The notes beneath the pieces were generated by a model. It ran no database searches. It saw only the letters and a list, made by a program, of their open reading frames with translations, and was not told the DNA's origin. From Burkholderiales bacterium (GTDB taxonomy: Bacteria > Pseudomonadota > Gammaproteobacteria > Burkholderiales > SG8-39), in NCBI GenBank assembly GCA_035251235.1, contig DATFEJ010000131.1, positions 1 to 42,688 of the forward strand: DNA of 42,688 bases, written 5' to 3'. Positions 35,114 to 42,688 of this stretch are shown here, one piece after another. The first letter of the stretch is position 1, and each line of letters starts with the position of its first letter. A program made the position numbers and the translations under genes.

Positions 35114-36069
35114 GCCGCACGCGGTTCTACGGGTCGGTCGCGCCCGCGGACAGCTTCCGCGAGGACGTCATCGAGGGCCTGTCGCAGCCGCAGAAGTCCC
35201 TGCCGCCGAAGTATTTCTACGACGCCGAGGGCAGCCGCCTCTTTGATCTGATCTGCCGGCTGCCCGAGTACTATCCGACGCGCGCCGAGCTGGCGCTCAC
35301 GCGCCGGCACCTTGCGGACATCGCGCGCTTCGCGGGGCGCGGCTGCGAGCTGATCGAATACGGCAGCGGCGAGAGCCATAAGACGCGGCTGCTGCTCAAG
35401 GCACTGCGCCCGGCCGTGTACGTCCCCGTGGATATCTCGTCCACGGCGCTCGCGGGCGCCGCGCGGCGCCTGTCGGCGGAGTTCGCCTGGCTGCACATCT
35501 TCGCGGTGATCGGGGATTTCTCGCAGCCGCTGCGCCTGCCCGTGTTCCGCCAGCGCGCCGGGCGCCGGCGCGTGGTGTATTTCCCCGGCTCCACCATCGG
35601 CAACCTGGCGGTGCCGGAAGCGCAGGCGTTCCTGTCGATGAGCCGCGCCCAGGTCGGCGCGGACGGCGCCATGCTGATCGGCGTGGACGTGAAGAAGGAC
35701 GCCAACGTGCTGCACGCCGCGTACAACGACGCGAGCGGCGTCACCGCACGCTTCAACCTGAACCTGCTCGTCCGCGTCAATCGCGAGCTTGGCGCCGACT
35801 TCGACCTGCGGCGCTTTCGCCACTACGCGTTCTACAACGCGCCGCTCGGGCGCGTGGAGATGCACCTGGTGTCGCTCGCGCGCCAGGCAGTGCGCATCGG
35901 CCGGCACCGCTTCGAGTTCGAGCGCGGCGAGACCATCCACACGGAGAATTCCCACAAGTACGCGGTCGAGGAGTTCCGCGCGCTCGCCGCCGAGGCGGGT
36001 TTCCGCGGCGCCAAGCTCTGGCAGGACCGCCAGGGCCTGTTCTCCCTGCACGGCCTGGTGGCGGACTAG
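35074..36069 (+). CDS. egtD: EgtD-like SAM-dependent L-histidine N-alpha-methyltransferase family protein
   Basis: FREDVIEGLSQPQKSLPPKYFYDAEGSRLFDLICRLPEYYPTRAE...EYGSGES.KTR.LL...YVPVDIS...FPGSTIGN...ENSHKY matches the EgtD family pattern. The only in-frame canonical start before the domain is GTG 35074, which overlaps pbpG by 40 nt. Confidence 0.75.
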   Translation: MARVQRRARAERLGRTRFYGSVAPADSFREDVIEGLSQPQKSLPPKYFYDAEGSRLFDLICRLPEYYPTRAELALTRRHLADIARFAGRGCELIEYGSGESHKTRLLLKALRPAVYVPVDISSTALAGAARRLSAEFAWLHIFAVIGDFSQPLRLPVFRQRAGRRRVVYFPGSTIGNLAVPEAQAFLSMSRAQVGADGAMLIGVDVKKDANVLHAAYNDASGVTARFNLNLLVRVNRELGADFDLRRFRHYAFYNAPLGRVEMHLVSLARQAVRIGRHRFEFERGETIHTENSHKYAVEEFRALAAEAGFRGAKLWQDRQGLFSLHGLVAD

Positions 36070-36081
36070 CGTGCCGCGCCG

Positions 36082-36810
36082 CTAGGGCCTGCGGGCCGGG
36101 CCGCCGGTCCGCGCCGGCGAACGAATCGCGCGCGTGACGTTGTCGATGGTGCGCAGCTGCATCCTCTTCACCGGCGAGGGCGGGCTCTTCTCGTCCGGAA
36201 TCTCGGTGCCGTAGCCCGGCTTGTCGATGACCACGCTGCCGAACTGGTTCTCCACGACGATGGCGCTGGGCGCATCCGCGCCCTCCGGCTCCAGCAGCGC
36301 CACCTTGGCGGAGGCGTCCACCATCGCCCCGTCCTTCTCCTGCCGCTCGATCACTTCGCCTTCGACATGCGTGCCGCGAATGCCGATCGTGGCGACGCTC
36401 ACGCTGACGCGCATGTCCTTTCTCTTGGTGCGCGCCACCAGGCCGGAAACGAAGCGGAAGGCCCCCTTGAAGATCCTGGAGTGGAACGACTCCTCCTCAG
36501 CGGCACCGCCCGTGGCATGGCTGTAGCGCGACACCTCGAACTCCGCGTTCGGTCCCAGCGTGAAGCGCGTCTTGTCCGTGAACTCGATCTGCAGCACGGT
36601 CCCGGCCCCGGTGCGAATGCGCTCACCGGCGAAGACGGCATCGCCCGCCGCCAGCTTGCGCGCGGGCGCGCCCGGCGCCTGCGCGTTGCCGAGCCGGTCG
36701 CCCGTCATCTGCGACACCCGCCCGATGGACGGCGTCGCGGCCACGGCGAGCGCGGGCAGCAGCGACAGGCAGAGAGCAACCAGCCTCAATCCAACAAAGG
36801 GGAGTTTCAT
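36082..36810 (-). CDS. FecR-domain protein (secreted/periplasmic, no TbpB-like tail)
   Basis: AAGGAG lies 7 nt upstream of the ATG. The signal peptide is ...LPALAVA/ATP. The FecR pattern is GRVSQM.G...L.AGDAVFAGERIRTGAGTVLQIEFTDKTRFTLGPNAEF...SVATIGIRGTHVEG. Confidence 0.8.
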   Translation of the reverse strand: MKLPFVGLRLVALCLSLLPALAVAATPSIGRVSQMTGDRLGNAQAPGAPARKLAAGDAVFAGERIRTGAGTVLQIEFTDKTRFTLGPNAEFEVSRYSHATGGAAEEESFHSRIFKGAFRFVSGLVARTKRKDMRVSVSVATIGIRGTHVEGEVIERQEKDGAMVDASAKVALLEPEGADAPSAIVVENQFGSVVIDKPGYGTEIPDEKSPPSPVKRMQLRTIDNVTRAIRSPARTGGPARRP

Positions 36811-36857
36811 TGGCCCGCTCCTTGACGATTTCCTCGCGTGAGCCTGATTATCCAGCA

Positions 36858-38417
36858 ATGGGCGCTCGCGGGCACAAGTTCGCACTCCTGTTGTCCGTGA
36901 CGCTCACCGGCATGGCGGTCCTCGTCGTCGAGATCTCCGCCGTGCGCATGCTGGCGCCCTATTTCGGCAACTCCATCTTCACCTTCTCGAGCGTCATCGG
37001 CATTGTGCTGGCGGCGCTGAGCCTTGGCTACTACGTGGGCGGCAGGCTCGCCGACCGCAAGCCGTCCGAGGCGTGGTTCTACTCGCTGATCGTGCTCTCG
37101 GGCTTCTCGGTCCTGGTGCTGCAGGTCCTCAATGCGGTCCTGCTGCCCGCCATCGCCTACAAGCTGTCCATGGTCAACGGACCGCTGCTCGTTTCCCTGC
37201 TGATGTTCTTCGTGCCCGCCCTGTTCCTGGCGATGCTGTCGCCGTACGCCATCACGCTCTTGCACGCGCGCGCCACGGGCGGCGGCGTGGGCAACGCCTC
37301 CGGGCTGGTGTTCTTCTGGTCCACGCTCGGAAGCATCGCGGGCAGCCTGGGCACGGGCTTCCTGCTGATCCCGCACTGGGGCATCGGCAGCATCATGATC
37401 GGCGTGGGATCGGGCCTGGTGCTGCTGGGCGGCGCGGGGCTGCTGGCGGCGCGCGGGATGCCGAGAATCTATCCGGCGGGCCTGATGCTCCTCGGCCTCA
37501 TATGCGCCATGGCGCTCAGGCAGATCGCCGCCGAGGAGCGGGCGGACGTCGTCTACGCCGCGGAAGGCCTGTATGAACGGATCGTCGTGCGCGACATGCG
37601 GCACCAGGGCCGCCCGGTGCGCATCCTCTGGCAGGACCGCAACATGAGCAGCGGGCAGTTCCTGGACGACGGCGGCATGGCGTTCGAGTACACGAAATAC
37701 TTCGAGCTGTACCGGCTGTTCGTCCCCGAGCTGAAGGCCGCCCTGGCGATCGGCGGCGGCGCGTACAGCGTGCCGAGGTCCATCCTGCAGGACGCGCCGC
37801 GGGCGATCGTGGACGTGGCGGAGATCGAGCCGACTCTGCACGAGCTGGCGGTGCGGTACTTCGAGCTGCCCGAAGATGCCCGGCTGCGAAACCACGTGAT
37901 CGACGGGCGCCGGTTCCTGCACGACACGACGCAGCGCTACGACCTGATCTTCTCCGATGCGTACAGCTCCTTCGTCTCGATGCCGCCGCAATTCACGACG
38001 CGCGAGTTCTTCGCGCTCGCCAGGAGCAGGCTGTCGGAGAACGGCGTGCTGATTGCCAACTATTACGGCAGCCTGGCGCCGGAAACCCGGTCGATGATCT
38101 ATTCCGTGCTGAGGACGATGAACGCCGTCTTCCCGCAGGTCTACGCGGTTGCGACGGAGGGGCCGACGAGCGAGAAGCTGCAGAACTTCATCTTCATCGG
38201 GCACAACGCGGTGCCGCCGGGCGGACGCGTCGACCTGCGGCGGGCGGCGGACGTGGAATTCGTCCATCCGATGCTGAAAGGCGTCGCTGCGCTGGAGCTT
38301 CGTCCCGCGCAGGCCCTGCTCGAGGCCTACCCGGTGCTGACCGACGATTTCGCTCCGGTCGAGAACTACGCGGCGAACGCCATCCGCCGGTACGACGCCG
38401 TGCGCAAGCGGCGTTGA
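36858..38417 (+). CDS. Membrane-fused spermidine synthase-like (SpeE-fold) protein
   Basis: About 210 aa with 6-7 TM helices are followed by a SpeE-like methyltransferase-fold domain (ALAIGGGAYSVPR..., VAEIEP, DLIFSDAYS, ENGVLIAN). I prefer the start at ATG 36858 over TTG 36810. Confidence 0.75.
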   Translation: MGARGHKFALLLSVTLTGMAVLVVEISAVRMLAPYFGNSIFTFSSVIGIVLAALSLGYYVGGRLADRKPSEAWFYSLIVLSGFSVLVLQVLNAVLLPAIAYKLSMVNGPLLVSLLMFFVPALFLAMLSPYAITLLHARATGGGVGNASGLVFFWSTLGSIAGSLGTGFLLIPHWGIGSIMIGVGSGLVLLGGAGLLAARGMPRIYPAGLMLLGLICAMALRQIAAEERADVVYAAEGLYERIVVRDMRHQGRPVRILWQDRNMSSGQFLDDGGMAFEYTKYFELYRLFVPELKAALAIGGGAYSVPRSILQDAPRAIVDVAEIEPTLHELAVRYFELPEDARLRNHVIDGRRFLHDTTQRYDLIFSDAYSSFVSMPPQFTTREFFALARSRLSENGVLIANYYGSLAPETRSMIYSVLRTMNAVFPQVYAVATEGPTSEKLQNFIFIGHNAVPPGGRVDLRRAADVEFVHPMLKGVAALELRPAQALLEAYPVLTDDFAPVENYAANAIRRYDAVRKRR

Positions 38418-38424
38418 GGGCGCG

Positions 38425-39519
38425 CTACAGCTCGAGGCGCAGCGTCATGGCCACGCCCCATTCGTTGACCTGCTCCTGCGCCACGCGCGAACTGAACAGG
38501 AAACTCGCCGTCAGGCCCTTGCCGAAGTGGCGCCAGCCGGCGGTGAGCAGGACGCTGTCGGGATCGTTGGCCGGCTGCTCGCCGGTCGCGAACTCGACCT
38601 TCTGAGGATCGCGCGTGTTCTCGTACATGGCGCCGAAGAAGGCTTCCGAGGGGCCGGCGCCGTAGGCGAGCTCGCCCAGCACGTTGTATTGCTCGACGGT
38701 TTGCTTCGAGCTGGCGACGGGAATACCGATGCTTTCCGTGTAGGCATCCTGCTCGCGCCGCGTGGCCAGCGCACCCAGTGATGACGTCAGCTTCCAGTTG
38801 CCCCAGTTCGAGACATTGGTCAGGTTCAACGAGGCAAAACCGCGCGTCGAGTCAAACTCGCTGTCCACGGCAATCGCGGTGAGCGGCCCGGTTCCCAACG
38901 TCCTGGATTGGCGGGTGTTGAACTGGCCGTACCCCAGGCTCGCGTCTAAGCTCCAGGAATCGGACAGCAAGAGGGCGAAATAGGGGCTTACGTTGTAGCC
39001 GCGCGTCTTCTCGTTGCCGAAATTGAAATTGGTGACGTAATTGCTCGCCTCATAGCCCAGCGCGACGCCGAGGATGTACTTGTCCGAACGCGTGAAGTCG
39101 TAGCCGGCGAGCACGTTCTGGGTCGAGCCATAGAAGCTGGTGCGCCAGAACTCGTTTTCCAGCGCGTTGTACGCGGTGCTAATCCACAGGCTGCTGCTGT
39201 CGCCGCCGAGGCCGCCCGCGCCGGAAGAGTCACCGGCGGCCGCGAGGTACTGGTAGTCGCTGCGGATGTCCGCATGCGCGTTGGCCGCCAGGAGGCGTCC
39301 CGCCTGCGTCACCTTGTCGCTTTTCTTGCCGCGCCGCTGGCTGAGCATTTGCATGCGGATCGTGCTCACGACCGGCTGCACCTGTGTCTCGAGGGTGGTT
39401 GCTTCAGTGATGGTATTACTGGGGGCTAGCAGCTCGGGGATAAGCGTAAATGCCAGGGCGTTTCCGCCGTACAGCAACAATGCACATCCGACAATCCTGC
39501 CGAGGGTTTTCTGGCGCAC
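38425..39519 (-). CDS. Autotransporter-type beta-barrel outer membrane protein lacking a passenger domain
   Basis: The signal peptide is ...GGNALA/FTL. A short helical linker (VSTIRMQMLSQRR) follows. About 270 aa have an alternating beta-strand pattern typical of the autotransporter beta-domain (LWISTAYNALE..., YILGVALGYE, SPYFALLLS, WSLDASLGYG). Confidence 0.6.
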   Translation of the reverse strand: MRQKTLGRIVGCALLLYGGNALAFTLIPELLAPSNTITEATTLETQVQPVVSTIRMQMLSQRRGKKSDKVTQAGRLLAANAHADIRSDYQYLAAAGDSSGAGGLGGDSSSLWISTAYNALENEFWRTSFYGSTQNVLAGYDFTRSDKYILGVALGYEASNYVTNFNFGNEKTRGYNVSPYFALLLSDSWSLDASLGYGQFNTRQSRTLGTGPLTAIAVDSEFDSTRGFASLNLTNVSNWGNWKLTSSLGALATRREQDAYTESIGIPVASSKQTVEQYNVLGELAYGAGPSEAFFGAMYENTRDPQKVEFATGEQPANDPDSVLLTAGWRHFGKGLTASFLFSSRVAQEQVNEWGVAMTLRLEL

Positions 39520-39603
39520 GGCGTTCTCCCAAAATATGGACGCAGTCCCTTAGGGCGCGGCCAGAATAGTCCAAGTCAAGGGCAGTGACAACGTGGACGA
39601 TTG

Positions 39604-40404
39604 TCAGACCGCGCCGATGCGCGCCTCGCGCGGCCGGTGGCCGATGGCGCGCGACACGCGCTCGGCGGTCTCCTTGATGAGCGCGCCCCACTGCGGCTTC
39701 ATGCGGTCGGCGGGCGTGGACAGCGACAGCGCCGCGATCAGCTGGCCGTTGTCGTCGCGCACGCCCGCGGCCACGCAGCGCACGCCGAGCTCGGCCTCCT
39801 CGTTGTCGGTGGCCCAGCCCTGGCGCTGGGTGCGCTCCAGGTCGCGCTCGAGCAGCTGCGGGCTGCTGAGCGTGTTCTTGGTGTGCGCCGCGAGCCCCGT
39901 GCGCTTGGCGTACTCGCGCAGGCGCGCGAAGCCGTCCTCCAGCAGGAAGAGCTTGCCCGCGGCCGTGACGTGCAGCGGCGCGCGCGCGCCGATGGCATGC
40001 ACGATGCGCATCGCCGAGCGGCCGGAGGACGTGCGCTCCACGTACACGATCTCGTCGTCATGGCGCACGGAGAGGTTCACCGTCTCGCCGGTCTGCGCGT
40101 GCAGCTCGCGCATCACCGGCAGCGCCAGCTCGCGCACGCTGATCCGCGAGCGCACGCGGTTGCCGAGCTCGAGCAGGCGCATGCCCAGGCGGTAGCTGCC
40201 GGGATCGAGCCGGTCCACGAGGCGCCCGCCCGCCATCGCCGAGAGGATGCGGTGCGCGGTGGACGGATGCAGCCCCGCGTACTGCGCGATCTGCTTCAGC
40301 CCGAGCGGCTCGGGATGATCGCCGAGCACGTCGAGCAGCTTCATCATCCGGTCGATGACCTGGATCGGTCCCTTCGCAAGGTCCTTCGCTGCCATGCGGG
40401 CCAT
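39604..40404 (-). CDS. IclR family transcriptional regulator
   Basis: It has the wHTH IQVIDRMMKLLDVLGDHPEPLGLKQIAQYAGLHPSTAHRILSAM and an IclR effector domain (HATAAGKLFL...E.ELGVRCVAAGV). Confidence 0.9.
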   Translation of the reverse strand: MARMAAKDLAKGPIQVIDRMMKLLDVLGDHPEPLGLKQIAQYAGLHPSTAHRILSAMAGGRLVDRLDPGSYRLGMRLLELGNRVRSRISVRELALPVMRELHAQTGETVNLSVRHDDEIVYVERTSSGRSAMRIVHAIGARAPLHVTAAGKLFLLEDGFARLREYAKRTGLAAHTKNTLSSPQLLERDLERTQRQGWATDNEEAELGVRCVAAGVRDDNGQLIAALSLSTPADRMKPQWGALIKETAERVSRAIGHRPREARIGAV

Positions 40405-40445
40405 TCTATCTCACGATGTGAAATGCCCATGCTAGTATCGGTTCC

Positions 40446-41585
40446 ATGCCGGTGGTGACCTGCATCGAGGATCTGCGGCGCATGGCGCAGCGGCGCGTGG
40501 CCAAGGCGGTATTCGACTACGTCGAGCGCGGCTCCTACGACGAGCAGACGCTGCGCGCCAACCGCGCCGACCTCGAGGCGCTGCATTTCCGCCAGCGCGT
40601 GGCGATCGACGTCGACAACCGCTCCACCCGCACCACGATGGCCGGGCAGGAGGTGACGATGCCGGTGGCGATCGCGCCGGTCGGCCTGACGGGCCTCAAT
40701 TGGGCCGACGGCGAGATCCTCGGCGCGCGCGCCGCGGAGAAGTTCGGCATTCCCTTCACGCTCTCGACAATGTCCATCTGCTCGATCGAGGACGTCGCGG
40801 GCGCAGTGACGAAACCTTTCTGGTACCAGCTCTACGTGTTCCGCGACCGCGGCTTCGCCGCCTCGCTCATCGAGCGCGCGAAAGCGGCCAAGTGCTCGGC
40901 GCTCGTCCTCACGCTCGACCTGCAGATCCAGGGCCAGCGCCACATGGACCTGAAGAACGGCCTCACGGTGCCGCCGCGGCTCACGCTCGGCACCATGCTC
41001 GACGTGATGCGCAAGCCCGGCTGGGCGCTCAACGTGATCGGCGGGCGGCGCAAGTCCTTCGGCAACCTGGAGGGCCAGATCAAGGGCGCCGACACGCTGC
41101 TGACGCTCGCGCAGTGGATCGCCGGCCAGTTCGACCCGACGCTGTCCTGGAAGGACGTGGAGTGGGTGAAGAAGCTCTGGGGCGGGAAGCTCATCCTGAA
41201 AGGCATCCTGGATGCCGAGGACGCGAAGATCGCCGCTGCCACCGGCGCGGACGCCCTCATCGTCTCCAACCACGGCGGCCGCCAGCTCGACGGCACGGTG
41301 TCCTCGATCCGCGCGCTGCCCGAGGTAGTGCGGGCAGTGGGCGACAAGATCGAGGTGTGGTTCGACGGCGGCATCCGCTCGGGGCAGGACGTGCTGCGCG
41401 CGCTCGCGCTCGGCGCGCGCGGCACGATGATCGGCAAGTCCTTCGCCTACGGACTGGGCGCGATGGGCGAGGCGGGCGTCACCAAGGTGCTGGAGATCAT
41501 GCAGAAGGAACTGGACGTCACCATGGCCCTGTGCGGCCTGCGCGACGTCAAAGACGCGAGCCCGGCGATCCTGCGCGGCGCTTAG
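40446..41585 (+). CDS. lldD: FMN-dependent alpha-hydroxy acid dehydrogenase (L-lactate dehydrogenase/glycolate oxidase family)
   Basis: It reads FDYVERGSYDEQTLR.N...PFWYQLYV...LVLTLD...KGIL...VSNHGGRQLD...DGGIRSGQDV. It is divergent from the IclR gene. Confidence 0.88.
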   Translation: MPVVTCIEDLRRMAQRRVAKAVFDYVERGSYDEQTLRANRADLEALHFRQRVAIDVDNRSTRTTMAGQEVTMPVAIAPVGLTGLNWADGEILGARAAEKFGIPFTLSTMSICSIEDVAGAVTKPFWYQLYVFRDRGFAASLIERAKAAKCSALVLTLDLQIQGQRHMDLKNGLTVPPRLTLGTMLDVMRKPGWALNVIGGRRKSFGNLEGQIKGADTLLTLAQWIAGQFDPTLSWKDVEWVKKLWGGKLILKGILDAEDAKIAAATGADALIVSNHGGRQLDGTVSSIRALPEVVRAVGDKIEVWFDGGIRSGQDVLRALALGARGTMIGKSFAYGLGAMGEAGVTKVLEIMQKELDVTMALCGLRDVKDASPAILRGA

Positions 41586-42688
41586 CCCGCAGCGCGAAGC
41601 GCCCGGGCGCGAGCGCGTCGGCGAGCGCGACTTCCAGCGGCAGGGGCTCGCCCTCCATCTGGCTGGCGAGCAGTTCCGCGCCCAGTCCCGCCCACAGCAG
41701 CCCGCGCGACCCGTAGGCGAGCGCACCGTACAGTCCCGGCGCAGGCTCGAGCGCGCCGACCAGCGGCAGCCGGTCGCGAGCGACGGTGCGAAACGACGTC
41801 CGGCCGGCGAGCTGGCGCGGATCGAGTCCCGCCGACGCCCCGGGCACGATGCGTTCCAGGCGCTCGAGATTTCCCTCGTGGCTCTCGGCGCGCACCGACG
41901 CGTCGGTGTCGTCCAGGTCGAAGCTCGCACCCGTGACCGTCACGCCGTCGATCGGCGGCAGCACCATGCCGCCGCGCAGCAGCACGCAGCGCAGCGAGCC
42001 CATGGGCGGCAGGTAGGTGAGCTGGCCGCGCACGCGGCGCAGGCGGATGTGCTCCGACGGAGCGAGACGAAGCGCATCCGCCGCGTTGGCGAGCACCACC
42101 GCGCCCGCCTCGGCGAGCGCCTCGCCCTCGCGGTCGCGCAGGATCCAGCGTGATCCCGCCTGCTCGAGCGCCGCGACCTCGCGGCCCAGCAGCTGTCTCG
42201 CGCCGGAGCGCGCGAGCAGGGCGCGCGCGTAGCTGCGCGGCCGGATCCAGCCGGCTTCGGGAAACCACAGTCCGCCTGCGGCCACGTTCACGCCGGCGCA
42301 TTTGCTCGCCTGGCGGGCGTCGAGCCGCTGGGCATAGTCGAGCGGCGGGGCGAGCGCGTCGATGGCCGCACGCTGCGCGGCTTCCTCGCGCGCATCTCGC
42401 GCGAGCTGCAGCACGCCGCAGCGCTGCCACTCGGGCGCCGCGCCGATGGCGTCGAACTGGCGCCAGTGCTCGAGCAGGAAGGTGAACGCCGCGCGCGTAA
42501 GGCGCGCGAGGTGGCTGTCATCCGAGGACAGCACGGGGTGGAAGGTGCCCGCGTGATTGCCCGAGGCCTCCAGCGCGGGCTCCAGGTGCCGCTCGACGAG
42601 CGTCACTTCCCAGCCGCGCGCCGCCAGGCGTTCGCAGGCGGCGGCGCCGGCAATGCCGCCGCCGATCACTGCGGCCGAGCGCTCCGCG
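41548..42688 (-). CDS. mnmC: tRNA 5-methylaminomethyl-2-thiouridine biosynthesis protein MnmC, FAD-dependent oxidoreductase domain (5' part off the right edge)
   Basis: VIGGGIAGAAACERLAARGWEVTLVE...ASGNHAGTFHPVLS.DD..L.R....AF.F resembles the C-terminal DAO domain of MnmC. The reading frame stays open to the window edge (AERSAAVIGGG), so the true start lies outside the window. Confidence 0.7.
   Translation of the reverse strand, partial: AERSAAVIGGGIAGAAACERLAARGWEVTLVERHLEPALEASGNHAGTFHPVLSSDDSHLARLTRAAFTFLLEHWRQFDAIGAAPEWQRCGVLQLARDAREEAAQRAAIDALAPPLDYAQRLDARQASKCAGVNVAAGGLWFPEAGWIRPRSYARALLARSGARQLLGREVAALEQAGSRWILRDREGEALAEAGAVVLANAADALRLAPSEHIRLRRVRGQLTYLPPMGSLRCVLLRGGMVLPPIDGVTVTGASFDLDDTDASVRAESHEGNLERLERIVPGASAGLDPRQLAGRTSFRTVARDRLPLVGALEPAPGLYGALAYGSRGLLWAGLGAELLASQMEGEPLPLEVALADALAPGRFALRAKRRAGSPGSRL

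Overview
This is a densely coded window of about 70% GC from a proteobacterial chromosome, probably Beta- or Gammaproteobacteria. I support 43 protein-coding genes. I found no rRNA, tRNA, CRISPR array, IS element or prophage. All family calls rest on reading motifs by eye, because no HMM or BLAST search could be run. Most of the window is housekeeping or lipid catabolism:

- a six-gene TetR-fadE-fadA-fadB-thioesterase-hydrolase operon, with a PsrA-type palindrome in its control region
- an Lva/ACAD10-11-like kinase + acyl-CoA dehydrogenase + SDR + GST block
- a NUDIX/dienoyl-CoA-reductase-like pair
- pncA, qor, dtd and mnmC
- an Atm1-type ABC exporter
- a 7TMR-DISM diguanylate cyclase.

The most unusual locus is 13953-20086. 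A CHASE2 hybrid histidine kinase (HisKA-HATPase-REC-Hpt) is divergently paired with a three-gene operon:

- a TPR + DUF560-like outer-membrane barrel, which is the Slam / type XI secretion architecture
- a secreted chimeric protein with an N-terminal FecR domain and a C-terminal TbpB-like 8-stranded barrel, the hallmark of Slam/T11SS cargo; it has no lipobox
- an output-less single-domain response regulator.

I read this as a candidate undescribed envelope-signalling system, in which a FecR-domain co-sensor is delivered to the cell surface by a dedicated T11SS and feeds a CHASE2 phosphorelay.

Other points worth a second look:

- a second FecR-domain gene next to a membrane-fused spermidine-synthase-like protein and a passenger-less autotransporter barrel
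- an S1C/PDZ protease homologue with an apparently degenerate catalytic triad
- an orphan EgtD-like methyltransferase
- a single-POTRA Omp85 protein.

The many very long ORFs in the track (up to 1866 aa) are high-GC artefacts.
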